DNA of 64,000 nt from Hemiscyllium ocellatum (taxonomy: Eukaryota): contig NC_083420.1 of NCBI RefSeq assembly GCF_020745735.1, positions 30,194,001 to 30,258,000 on the forward strand. Reading direction: 5' to 3'. How positions within the stretch are numbered: the stretch's first letter is position 1; the number at the start of each line of letters is the position of its first letter. Below the pieces are notes generated by a model that worked only from the letters and a program-made list of their open reading frames with translations, had not been told where the DNA came from and did no database searches. Of this stretch, positions 26,365-39,059 are shown in pieces. The translations under genes were made by a program, and so were the position numbers.

Positions 26365-28699
26365 AAACGTGGCAATCTTGCAAAACTAGAGCTGGATGAA
26401 AAGAAAACCACAGCACTTGCATGAATGAGCTTTATGTCTCAATTCTGATGTCCAGTTGAAAATGCTTACTTAATATCTAACTTTCTGCGATCTTTCATAA
26501 ATAGGTGCTGTGAATACAATCAACTTCAATCTATTGGTTTTAGCTTGATAAACCATCAATATCGATCTACAATTTGATTGTTTGATCTATATAATACAAA
26601 TCAGCATTTAAAAACTTATTCTCTTTGCAGGGTGGTTTATTGTTACCTATAGTGTTTTACTAAGCTTTGTTAATAGGATCCATAGTGATATTTTGAGTAC
26701 TAAATCATATCTTTTATGCATTTGATCTTTCATATTTTTAACAGCACAACACAAATGCATATATTAGGAAATAAAGTAAATCTAGTTCATACGCAAGAGC
26801 AAAACGCTTAACCTTGCTTAAGGCACAGATGAATGCAATGATAAATAAATATTAATAGAAGAATGGAATACAGACTGGACTATTGATTTACAATATATAA
26901 AACAAGGAGTACAATTGGGAATTATATTGAGCAATTGTAACGGTATAGTAATTTCTGTGAAAATATTTTTAAAAGCATTGAAATATTAATGGCTAATATA
27001 CAAGTGTAATATTTGAAAAGCAACAAGGAAAGAACAAAGAACTGTTTTGACTTCTGATCTGAATTTCATTGTCTCATTCGCCTAAAGCCAAATAACTGAC
27101 ACTCAGGTGGAAAAATAATTAGTAACAAGGGAGGTCAAGTGAATTGCAAAATGTTGAGGAAAAGACTTCAGGAAAATTTAGAATGAACTGTCAAATTTAC
27201 TCACTTTCCCACTGGACCAGAAATGCTGGAAAAAACGTTTGAGCAGAATCCCTGAAGCTGTATTCTTTCTGCAGCTCCTTTCAAGGGACTCTATTAATTA
27301 TCACATACACAAATATTATTTCCATTGGGAAACGGAAGTATCACCATTGGTGTGGTTTGAAATGGTTACATTGAAAGTGTTTCATTCAATTAGTTGGCTG
27401 AACTGGTCAGAAAATTCATTGTTGTCAACAATTCAGTAATGCTAAAAATAAGGAACCTAATCTTTTTAAATTTGTTCACAGAATGTGGGCATTGATAGCT
27501 AAGCCAGCATTTATCACCCATTCCTATTTGTCCTTGAGAAGGTTGTGATGAGTATCCAGAGAAAATAGTCAATGTGTAACAAACAAGCACATATTCTATG
27601 TCAAGACTGCACTAAGAAAGAAAACAATTGCCAAGTTATAAAATACATTGAATTTTTATTTTGCAATTATGAGTCTGTAGGTCTGTAGGGCCCTTTATTC
27701 TCCATTTTAGTTATGCAAGTCAGCTTTTACACCAACTTGAGAGGAATGTTCTCATCAACTGAAAATAAATTACCGTCAGACTCACTAGTCTATATATTAG
27801 CTCTGAATATATTTTACCTTGTCAAACAAGGAGAAAAAAAGGTGGAAATAATAAATTATCAGAGAAAATCAATGTCATAATAATAAATTGTAATCACTTT
27901 TTATTTTGATATTAATTGATTATTTCAGTTCTGACCATGTTGAGAAAGAAAATTCTTGATCAATTGATGGAAGTTGATTGAAGTTGTCAGAAATTACTCT
28001 TCAACATTAATATTTTGGGTAATAGAAATTATATCTTTTTATGTTAATTTATCAGGTGTGAAATGAGGTGCAGCAATTGGAAATTTCAGGGACTAAGATC
28101 TAAGGTGCTTGAAAAACGTACAATCCAATATTGGATTGGTTCTGGAAGGTTATTTTTACCCAAACTTTAAACCTGTTTCTCTTTCCAGAGATCTTCTAGA
28201 GAGACATGCTCAGTATTTCCAGCATTGTATGCTTTTAATTGAATGTTTCCATTCTTTTAAAGCATCTCTGAGTGAGCACCAAAGTTGGCATTAGAAACCT
28301 TGCATGTTCTAATTCTAATACATACCCTAGCTTTCTTCTGGAAAATTAAGCTACTTGGTGCAATTAAAATTGGTGGTGTGCAAGTGATCAGAATCAGAGG
28401 AATTCAGTGGGTCACAACACAGCAGAGAATAGGTAACAAAAAGTGAGGCCATGTTGAAGGAGGAAAATGTTAAAATTGAGATGTTACTTAACTGGGCATC
28501 AATGTAGGTCAATGATAAAGGCAGAGGTTTGGAGAGAATTTGGTGCTAGTTTGTTCATGTGAGGCAGAAATGTAGACAAATTTTGGTTGAAATATGGGAT
28601 GCATGGCAGAAATGTTTTTGAAACATATGGTCTTCAGGGTAATTAGGCATTGACAATGATGCCTATATCCCATGAATGAGCAAACACATACATGCCTTG

Positions 28700-29700
28700 A
28701 AGTCATAAAGGTGAATCGATACAGAGTTGCAATAGGCAGTGAAGACAGCAGTTGGTCTTCAAAAGCAAAAGGATTTGATTACAAGAGCAGGGATATCTTG
28801 TTATAATTGTACAAGGCCTTGGTGAGACCATATCTACAATACTGTGTACAGTTTTGGTCTCCTTATCTGAGGAAGGATGTTCTCTTACCATGGAGGGAGT
28901 GCAGCAAAGATTTACCAAACTGATTCCTGGATGGTAGGACTGACGTTTGAAGAGGGAAAAGATTAGTAAGGACTATATTCACTGGAGTTTAGAGAATAAC
29001 GGGGCATCTCATAGAAATTGTGGGCGGCACGGTGGCACTGGTTAGCACTGCTGCCTCACAGCGCCTGAGACCCGGGTTCAATTCCCGACTCAGGCGACAG
29101 ACTGTGTGGAGTTTGCACGTTCTCCCCGTGTCTGCGTGGGTTTCCTCCGGGTGCTCCGGTTTCCTCCCACAGTCCAAAGATGTGCGGGTCAGGTGAATTG
29201 GCCATGCTAAATTGCCCGTAGTGTTAGGTAAGGGGTAAATGTAGGGGTATGGGTGGGTTGCGCTTCGGCGGGTCGGTGTGGACTTGTTGGGCCGAAGGGC
29301 CTGTTTCCACACTGTAAGTAATCTTAAAAAAATGTGTAAAATTCGAATGATAGGATTAATGTGGGAAGGATGTTCCGATGACTGGGGAGTCCAGAACCAG
29401 GGGTCACTAAATAATGGTAAAAGGTAAACCATTTAAGACTGAGATGAGGAGAAATGTCTTCACACAGAGAATGGTGAGCCTCTGGAATTCCCTGCCAGAG
29501 AAAGCTGTTGAGGTCAAAACATTGAATATTTTCAAGACAGAACTACATGTAGTTATTAAGGCTAAAGAGATCAAACGTAATAGGGAGAAAACAGCAATGG
29601 GATATTGAGTTGTTTGATCAGCCATGATCACATTGAAGAGCAGAGGAGCCTTGAAGGACAATTGGTTTACTCCTGCACCTATTTCCAATGTTCCTATTAT
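28700..29700 (+). mobile_element. CR1 LINE 3' portion
   Basis: [23 protein letters not shown] and KGKPFKTEMRRNVFTQRMVSLWNSLP; 3' UTR. Confidence 0.92.
29021..29325 (+). mobile_element. young HE1-type V-SINE inserted in CR1
   Basis: CpG-rich, near-consensus copy with B box GGTTCAATTCCC. Confidence 0.96.
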
Positions 29701-29719
29701 TTGGTTTTCAGTACTGGAT

Positions 29720-29915
29720 GATTTGATTTGATTTGATTCATTATCACATGTTCCTAAACATAGTGAAAAGCTTTGTTTGCAAGCACTACAGGCAGATCAT
29801 AATAGGCAACGACATATAAATCATGGCGAGTTTGGACAGAGTGAGACATATAGGTTATTACTGCACTGCGCAAAGCAAGATCAACAGTAACACGATCATT
29901 ATTTGAAGTTAGAGA
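29720..29915 (-). mobile_element. Rex1-type LINE 3' UTR
   Basis: Reverse similarity to 19215-19380, with (ATTTG)n tail at about 29721-29737. Confidence 0.6.
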
Positions 29916-30601
29916 AGCTAAGGCCCGTCCAGTTGAACAACCTTACAGTCTTCTGACAATGGAGGTATGTAGTTGGAAGCTCAAGTTGGGATCAAATGTG
30001 AGAACAAAATTGAAACCAGTCTAGTTCAGTCTCAGACAGTTACCAAGGAAAAGGATGCAGTTGGTTGCTAGGGAAACAAGTTTCTTATGGGAACTGAAGA
30101 CAATAGTCCTGATTTGCACTTTGATGGAGAATACTGGAATGCAGGGAAAATACTGGAAGAAGTCAAGAATGCCAAGTCCCTGCGCCTGATCCCAGCATTT
30201 TGCATTTTCATGGGAGTGGGAGTGGGGATTGCTATCACGCATTGGCAACATGAGGAGTGTGTATGAGTCACAGAGAATGAGGAAGAGTGAGACATGAGAG
30301 CAAGAGGAATATTTTATATTTCTCCATTTTTGAGTGGTGAATGGAATTAAAACTACATAACCTCATTGAGACTGGTAACATTGTGAAGAAGCTGTCCAAA
30401 AATAAAATGTAGCATTCAAAAAATATTGCTATGCTTGTTCATTTAAGACTATGATAGCATTTGTAATGCATGACTAATTTCTCAAATTATGATTTTCACG
30501 ATGGCTTGTTACTTATTGAATGGAAATATTTGTTGCCATAAGGGATTAGTTGAAGAAATTTTGATGTAGTATGTGGTCCGTTGACCCATGACCTCCAGGA
30601 T

Positions 30602-31616
30602 TGTTACAGAAATATTGGCATTTTCTCATAAGCACAGAGAGAAACTCAGATGCGGAGGCCAAAGTTAACCTAGTCAGATTCTGCAATCTGTAAACTGCAC
30701 AGCTGAAACAGACAGTATTCATACAGCCAGGCCTGGGAAAATCAACTTCCCATCAAAACCAGACAGCCCTGGAACAGCCTGGCTGGGGCATTAACAGCCA
30801 CATTGCTTCAGAATGAACCATTGCTTCCACCTCCAGTGAAGCTGCTTTATTAGATGGATGTTACACAGACTTGGTGGCACTGAGCTCAGGAGGAGGCCCG
30901 AGCTCAGTGTAACAAAGACAGCACTTGACAGTTCGAGGTTCAAAACCATGTTTAGCCAAACCCCAAATATAGAAAATAGATTGGAACTTACTGTCCCCAC
31001 CTGATGCTAGTATTGGACACAGGCCACAGAATCTTTGAGAAGGGCATGAAGAGGAGGATAAAGGGGGTAACCTGGAGCCCCTTTATTGCACCTTCTTCAA
31101 CAGCATATCCAGAATGTGCCCTCAATGGGCAGCTGAGCTGCACAGCATCTCCAGCAACTTGGACCATGCAGTGAGGGTCATCAGACTGACCAGACCCAGA
31201 GAGACCACCTCAGCGAGGCCACCTGAAGACCAGACCAGCCCTGGATGAGAAGGGAAGCCCAGATCAACACCTGCAGATCCTGACACATCAGCCAATTCTC
31301 AAACACCAAGGAACAGTCTGTGCCGGCCTTATCATTCCTTTCAGATAAACAGAAATACAGCAATAGAGACCTGTAAACAGGGTGTAGCAAATCCTCGGAA
31401 ATGTGTTTTAGAAGTAGATCACTAATATGGATTTGAAACTGTTTATTTAGAGATTTGAGCTTGCCCTCTGAAGAGATAGATAGAGTTAAATAGTGTTTAA
31501 TTAAAGTACAATGGTAGAGTGTAGTAAATATTGTTTCTCCTTGATTAACTGTTCAATAAAGTTGTGTTGGACTTTCCCCTGACACTTGTCTCCTTTGTCT
31601 ATCTCGCTGCATAACG
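30602..31616 (+). mobile_element. probable solo LTR
   Basis: TGTTAC start and ATAAC(G) end; TATA-like GATAAA near 31057; AATAAA at 31555-31560 followed by a U5-like tract; no TSD seen. Confidence 0.4.
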
Positions 31617-33054
31617 TGTGTAAGTTCAAAAATGTTACGCAAACTGGTCAACATTGGTGAGGATACATTTACCCAACTTCCACTTTACAACAAGTTGATG
31701 TTGGTTTGTATTGATGAGAATGCTTCTTTCTCAATAAGGACACCATCAATATACTTGTAAGATTATTTTCTGTTAGTCTACATCCTGAGTTATGCCCATG
31801 TTCTATAATAAGACGGTTAGCATGAAAAAGAAAGGACAAAGGTGAGTGCATGAGATGGCATTTTTGGCATAGGTGTTCTAAAGAACTATTGGGATATTCG
31901 AGGGTACATGGGATATTGGTACACAGACAAAGCTTAGAGGGGCCATGGATTGGGTAGATAGGAATAGGGTGGCAGGGACAAGGCATGAAGAGTGAGTGAG
32001 AGCACAAAGAATATTTCCTGCTTCAGTGTTGAATTTTAATTTTAAACGCAGTGTTGGAGCCCGATGGCAGATTTTCCGTCAGGCCGACCATGGGATTGGG
32101 CTACTTCTTTCTGTAGTCACAGGCTGTCTGCATCTTACTGACTCCAATTAGCCCGGAAAAACGGTACTACCTCTGACCAGACTGAAAATAGCAAATGCTA
32201 GTGCCCAGAATGGGAATCCCTCAATGCGGGCAGGGTAACTGATATTGTACCATCTTTTGGTAGCATGCTTGAAATAAAAAATTGAAATATTCATGGTGTT
32301 CTGGTGGAGAAGGTCCTGTCATAGGTCACATGGTGATGCAAATCAATTTATCTCAATTTCATCAAACATTGTCCTTAAAAGATGAAATAATGGATATCAC
32401 CCTTCTGCACAGTTACTCTAGCTACAGTTAACAAACCCCCAAATAAAATGCAATCTCATGCTGTTCCTTAAAAAGGAAAACCTTCAAAATAGACTTCCAT
32501 TCTGATATTGCCAGCACTTCTGTGATGCTTTTCTTTGTTCATTCATTTTATAGAAGTCAGAAATATATTCTTTATTGATTAATGAAAAATAATACATTGT
32601 TGTGTACGATGAGTGCTTTAACAACATTGCTTGGCTTTTTTCAGATGTATTTCCAGTCACATTAGAGAGCTTAGAAAATAGATGTAGGTTTTTGAGAAGG
32701 AACTTTCAGGTTCCCAAGTTGAGGTGGCACATGGAGCTAGAAATGTAGATATTGATCCCATGGGAAACAGTGGGGTCTCTAAATTGGGATAGTATCTAGT
32801 TCTGTGAGATTTCCTCATTCTGCAACCTCTCCATTTTGCCTAAAAAGGATGTTTTTTTTTCAGGTCTCCACTCTTCTTCATTGCAAGATGAAAACTCTGT
32901 TGGCTTTGCTTGGACAATTTCCAGTTTATCCTTGGAATTCTGCCAGATCACCATCTATATCTGTTGAAAGCTCATATCAGACTATGGAGAAGATATATAA
33001 TTGATCCCAGGGATCGATTATCTTTAAAAACCCTATGCTTTCTGAATAAATTTC

Positions 33055-33645
33055 CAAATGTGGGTTGAGGAATTGAACACATGAGCAGGAAGGTCATGAT
33101 GGCACTGTATAAAATGTTAGTTTGACCACGTCTGGAGTATTGTGTGCAGTTCCAGTCGCCAGACTATAGGAAACAATGTCATTGCACTCGTGAGGAAGCA
33201 GAGGTGATTCACTAGGATGTTGCTTTAGCTGGGATATTTGAGCTATGAAGAATGATTCCACATGCTCAGGCTATTTTTCTTAGAGCTCAGAGGACAGAGT
33301 GGGGACCAGATTGTGGTGTACACAATAATGAGCGAAATAGATAGGATAGACCTTTGTCGACAGTCAATAACCAAGGATCATAGATTCGGGGTATGGAACA
33401 GAAAATATAGAGAAGGTTTGTGGAAAAACAAATTCACCCAAAGGGTGGGGCGTATCTGGAACCCGTGACCTGAAAAAGAGAAAGGCGCCCTCACAACATT
33501 GAAGAAGTATTTGGATGAACATTTGATTTGCCATAGCATACAGGTCTATGGGATTAATGCTGGATACTGGGATCAGAGGAGATAAGTGCTTCATGATCAG
33601 CATAAACACAATAGGCCAAAGGGCCCCTTCCCTCTATGACTATGA
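33055..33645 (+). mobile_element. CR1 3' fragment
   Basis: LEYCVQF, KFTQRVGRIWN, 3' UTR. Confidence 0.85.
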
Positions 33646-34161
33646 TAAACTAACAGAGTGTTGCATTTTCATCCAAACAGCCCTTTGCCATCCCCTTTCT
33701 AATGCTGTCAGAAATGTTAAAACACACTTCCACATCCATGTGGGTTTGGATGGGATCCTCGATGCTGGAAAAAACCTGGACAAACAACTTTATGTTTTTC
33801 ATGTTGTATCTATTGAATATACAGAATACACACATGCAATATAGTTCAGCAATATTTAAACAACTCTGCAAGCTCCCAAACACTTCTTCAAATGCAATGA
33901 GAGAAGTAGTGATTCAGGATCTATCTACAGGTACTTGACAATCCTTTCATTAGTGAAGGGAACCCTTTCTATTGCTAGATACAGGTTCAGTTTTGTGTGT
34001 TTAAGAGAAGACTCTACAGCTGAAATATTGAACTTTAAAATTTCAGTGTTGGTATCAAAGCAGCATTACATACTGATTAATGTTGTAACTTTGTACACTT
34101 CTAACCGACACTCCTTACAAGCATGCAATATGGCATTTCACAAGGTTTGCCAGAAGAAAGA

Positions 34162-37142
34162 GTGTGTCTATATATGTGTGTGTGTGTGTGTGCGCGTGCG
34201 TGCATGTGTGTGTCTGTCTGTGTTTCTGTGTGTGTGTCTGTGTTTGTGCTGTGTCCGTATGTATGTGTCTGTCTGCATTTCTGTTAGTGTGTGTGTGTTT
34301 GTGTTGTGTGCGTGTGTATGTGTGTGTGTCTGTCTGTGCTTCAGTGTGTGTGNNNNNNNNNNNNNNNNNNNNNNNNNNNNNNNNNNNNNNNNNNNNNNNN
34401 NNNNNNNNNNNNNNNNNNNNNNNNNNNNNNNNNNNNNNNNNNNNNNNNNNNNNNNNNNNNNNNNNNNNNNNNNNNNNNNNNNNNNNNNNNNNNNNNNNNN
34501 NNNNNNNNNNNNNNNNNNNNNNNNNNNNNNNNNNNNNNNNNNNNNNNNNNNNNNNNNNNNNNNNNNNNNNNNNNNNGTGTTTCTGTGAGTGTGTATGTTT
34601 GTGCTGTGTCCCTGTGTGTGTGTGTCTGTCTGTCTGTCTGTGTTTTTGTGAGTGTGNNNNNNNNNNNNNNNNNNNNNNNNNNNNNNNNNNNNNNNNNNNN
34701 NNNNNNNNNNNNNNNNNNNNNNNNNNNNNNNNNNNNNNNNNNNNNNNNNNNNNNNNNNNNNNNNNNNNNNNNNNNNNNNNNNNNNNNNNNNNNNNNNNNN
34801 NNNNNNNNNNNNNNNNNGTGTTTCTGTGAGTGTGTATGTTTGTGCTGTGTCCCTGTGTGTGTGTGTCTGTCTGTGTGTGTCTGTCTGTCTGTGTTTCTGT
34901 GAGTGTGNNNNNNNNNNNNNNNNNNNNNNNNNNNNNNNNNNNNNNNNNNNNNNNNNNNNNNNNNNNNNNNNNNNNNNNNNNNNNNNNNNNNNNNNNNNNN
35001 NNNNNNNNNNNNNNNNNNNNNNNNNNNNNNNNNNNNNNNNNNNNNNNNNNNNGTGTTNNNNNNNNNNNNNNNNNNNNNNNNNNNNNNNNNNNNNNNNNNN
35101 NNNNNNNNNNNNNNNNNNNNNNNNNNNNNNNNNNNNNNNNNNNNNNNNNNNNNNNNNNNNNNNNNNNNNNNNNNNNNNNNNNNNNNNNNNNNNNNNNNNN
35201 NNNNNNNNNNNNNNNNNNNNNNNNNNNNNNNNNNNNNNNNNNNNNNNNNNNNNNNNNNNNNNNNNNGCGTGTTTGTNNNNNNNNNNNNNNNNNNNNNNNN
35301 NNNNNNNNNNNNNNNNNNNNNNNNNNNNNNNNNNNNNNNNNNNNNNNNNNNNNNNNNNNNNNNNNNNNNNNNNNNNNNNNNNNNNNNNNNNNNNNNNNNN
35401 NNNNNNNNNNNNNNNNNNNNNNNNGTCTGTCTGTGTTTCTGTGTGTGTGTGTCTGTATGTGTTTCTGCTGTGTCCATGTGTGTATGTGTATGTGTCTGCG
35501 TTATTGTGTGTGTGTGTGTGTGTGTGTCTGTGTTTCTGTGTGTGTCTGTGTTTCTGTTAATGTGTGTGTGTTTGTGCTGTGTCTATGTGTATGTGTGTGT
35601 GTTTGTCTGTGTTTCTCTGTGTGTGTGTGTGTGTGTGTCTGTCTGTCTGTGTTTCTGTGTGCGTGTGTGTCTGTCTGTGTTTGTGCTGTGTCCATGTGTG
35701 TATGTGTCTGCCTGTGTTATTGCGCACGTGTGTGTGTTTGTCTGTGTTTCTGTGTGTGTCTGTCTGTGTTTCTGTTAGTGTCTGTGTGTTTGTGCTGTGT
35801 CCATGTGTGTGTGTGTATCTCTGACTGTATTTCTGTGTGTTTCTATGTGTGTGTGTGTGTGCGTCTGTCTGTCTGTCTGTGTTTGTGCTGTGTCCGTGTG
35901 TGTGTGCGCGTCTGTCCGTCTGTCTGTGTTTCTATGCGTGTGCGTCTGTCTGTGTTTGTTCTGTGTCCATATGTGTATGTATGTCTTTCTGTCTGTGTTT
36001 CTCTGTGTGTGTGNNNNNNNNNNNNNNNNNNNNNNNNNNNNNNNNNNNNNNNNNNNNNNNNNNNNNNNNNNNNNNNNNNNNNNNNNNNNNNNNNNNNNNN
36101 NNNNNNNNNNNNNNNNNNNNNNNNNNNNNNNNNNNNNNNNNNNNNNNNNNNNNNNGTGTGTATGTCTTTCTGTCTGTGTTTCTGTGTGTGTGTGTGTGTC
36201 TGTCTGTCTGTCTGTGTTTCTGTCTATGTGTGTGTGTCTGTTTCTGTCTGTGTGTGTCTGTCTGTGTGTGTGTTTGTCTGTGCTTCTGTGTGTGTGTATG
36301 TGTGTGTGTCTGTCTGTGCTTCTGTGTGAGTGAGTGTGTCTGTGCTTCTGTGTGTGTGTAGGTGTGTCTGTGTTTATTTTTGTGTGTGTCTGTCTGTGTT
36401 TTGTGTGTGTGTCTGTCAGTGTTTCTGTGTGTATGTGTCTGCCTGTGTTTCTGTGAGTGTGTGTGTTTGTGCTGTGTCCATGTGTGTGTGTGTGTGTCTG
36501 TCTGTCTGTGTTTCTGTGAGTGTGTGTGTGTTTGTGCTGTGTCCGTGTGTGTNNNNNNNNNNNNNNNNNNNNNNNNNNNNNNNNNNNNNNNNNNNNNNNN
36601 NNNNNNNNNNNNNNNNNNNNNNNNNNNNNNNNNNNNNNNNNNNNNNNNNNNNNNNNNNNNNNNNNNNNNNNNNNNNNNNNNNNNNNNNNNNNNNNNNNNN
36701 NNNNNNNNNNNNNNNNNNNNNNNNNNNNNNNNNNNNNNNNNNNNNNNNNNNNNNNNNNNNNNNNNNNNNNNNNNNNNNNNNNTGTCTGTNNNNNNNNNNN
36801 NNNNNNNNNNNNNNNNNNNNNNNNNNNNNNNNNNNNNNNNNNNNNNNNNNNNNNNNNNNNNNNNNNNNNNNNNNNNNNNNNNNNNNNNNNNNNNNNNNNN
36901 NNNNNNNNNNNNNNNNNNNNNNNNNNNNNNNNNNNNNNNNNNNNNNNNNNNNNNNNNNNNNNNNNNNNNNNNNNNNNNNNNNNNNNNNNNNNNNNNNNNN
37001 NNNNNNNNNNNNNNNNNNNNNNNNNNNNNNNNNNNNNNNNNNNNNNNNNNNNNNNNNNNNNNNNNNNNNNNNNNNNNNNNNNNNNNNNNNNNNNNNNNNN
37101 NNNNNNNNNNNNNNNNNNNNNNNNNNNNNNNNNNNNNNNNNN
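34162..37142. repeat. compound (GT)n/(GTCT)n minisatellite with many N gaps
   Basis: Recurrent unit of about 55-65 bp GTGTTTCTGTGAGTGTG…TTTGTGCTGTGTCC…GTCTGTCTGTCT; unresolved assembly. Confidence 0.97.
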
Positions 37143-38138
37143 CACAATTGACATTTTATTTGAAAAGTGTTACTCGTGGTTCTGAAAACCTGGCACTTTG
37201 CAGCTAAATTTTGCAACTTCTAATATTCACACACAGAACTAGAAAAGACTTCCTCACAGGAACTAGAACAATAATTTCTGAATTTGTACAAATCCTGACT
37301 GCATTCATTTTGAATCCTTAAACAAAACATTTACTCCAAGACTGTAATATTTCACGTTGATTTATTATTTTACAGCTAATGACAAGATTTTTCTTTCTGA
37401 AAAATCATTAGTGTACATGGGAGATAAGAGTTCCAGCTCTTAGAATTGTTTTAACAAAATAAACAAACTGAAAAATGACAAGCAGAACTGAAGGCCTGTG
37501 TATTAATAATGAAGAATGTTCATTGAAAATTGTTACAGTCATGTATAAGGAAATTGAAAACTCTGGTCCCTGTCTTTTATTGTACCAAGGATAAAAATAT
37601 CTCCAGTCTTTTTTCTCTTTGTCTTGGATATGAGGTGAATGAATGCATGATTAAGACATAAACAATCTTTTAATTCCACATCAATACAAGGATTGCTTCG
37701 GGATCTAATTACATTGCGATGGAAAAGGTGAAAATTAAGAGGAGGATTTTATATTTTTGCATTTATCATGAATGCTTAATGCTGTTTTTCCATTTATTTG
37801 TAATTTTCAAATTAAAACCGGTTGTTTAAAGAAATGAAAGTTGGTTTGATTGAAAGAGTCATGCTGTGATTCATGGCAAAGATCTCAGAGAATTTGGCTT
37901 TGCATCTTATAATCATACAGTAACTTAAATATTAGCAGTATCTCAACAATTTTGAGTGCAAACAGGTCACTGGTGTTCTCTGTATCAATGCAGTGGAATA
38001 ATTACTGATAAATGTTGCGGTCTCAGTGGACACTGAGTCCAGTGCTTGCAGCAGTCAGCTGATACCCTGGAATGCCCTCTGTTAGAATGAGATGAACTAA
38101 AGAGCAAGACATCCCTGCTGCCGAGCACCTGGAAAGAA

Positions 38139-38708
38139 ATGATGTGGAGGTGCCAGTGTTGCATTGGACATTGTTAAAAATCACACAACATCAGGTGATA
38201 ATCCCAACAGGTTTATATGGAAGTACAAGCTTTTGGAGCGCTGCTCCTTCGTCAGGGAGCTAGTGGGGTAGAAGCATAGGACACAGAAGTTACAGCAAAA
38301 GATCATAGTGTCAATCACAGATGTAATATATTGAACAAACCTGTTAAGTCCTTCATCTTTTAGAGGCTTACATACAGACTCTAACCTCACACCTTCAAGA
38401 CATTTTCTGAGCTGAGATATCACCATTTTCACAAAACCTTAAGTTATCTCGGGAATGTGACTTGAAAGATGTTCTGGGTTTTACATATTAATGAACCGAA
38501 ACCTGCAAGCCGTTCTAAAAAATGAAAGACTTCACAGCAAATCTTGGTTTGTTCAATACATTACATCAGTGAATGACACAATGACCTTTTGCTATAAATT
38601 CTGTAAACCATGATTCTACCCCACTAGCTCCCTGACAAAGGAGCAGCCCTCCGAAAGCTTGTACTCCCAAATAAACCTGTTGGTGATTTTTGTGTGATTT
38701 TTAACCCT
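38139..38708. mobile_element. Penelope-derived element with long terminal inverted repeats and hammerhead cores
   Basis: Arms about 38172-38365 and 38510-38706; cores at 38223-38255 (-) and 38632-38664 (+); flanking GAAAGAA at 38132-38138 and 38709-38715. Confidence 0.72.
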
Positions 38709-39059
38709 GAAAGAAGGATGGACTAACACCAACATTGGCTGTATATTTCTTGTATTTTCTTTTTATTTCAGTTTTTCAGCAGGAAATCTTTACTTTCAGT
38801 CCAATTAGTGTTTTCTTTAATACAATAGGATGTTTTCATAACAAACAAAAGTGGAATGAAGTTTGCTCAGTGAGGAAAAGGCATTTGATGATGCAAGTCT
38901 GCAAGTTTTTCACAGTCCCCCTGATGGATTATGTCCTTAAATTCCTGTTCCTCCATCAGCATCATACCTTCCAATAGGAACCTGACTGACTTTCAGTTTC
39001 TTTGGAGATGAGCTTTTTTTGGGGGGGTGGATGATGTGCCTCCTGTTCAATTACACACA

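Larger units (their letters stand above)
28400..30115 (-). mobile_element. old L2 LINE RT region split by nested insertions
   Basis: 28440-28560 and 29940-30115 correspond to successive parts of an L2 RT; minus ORF 30021-30251 contains IVFSSHKKL.SLAT..I.FLGNCLRLN. Confidence 0.55.

Noticed and set aside
29021-29095. tRNA-like sequences with A and B boxes
   Set aside because: These are SINE heads followed by a V-domain and LINE-like tail, not tRNA genes.
30087-30266. About 59-aa ORF with a TM-like segment (MGTEDNSPDLH…FCIFMGVGVGIAIT)
   Set aside because: Starts within antisense L2 sequence; no promoter or splice support; likely chance.
32860-33004. Strong-looking acceptor TTTTTTTTCAG with a short open frame
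   Set aside because: No donor, no homology and no linked exons.
33935-37216. Long Cys/Val-rich and His/Thr-rich ORFs (200-499 aa)
   Set aside because: Translations of GT repeats and N gaps; not proteins.
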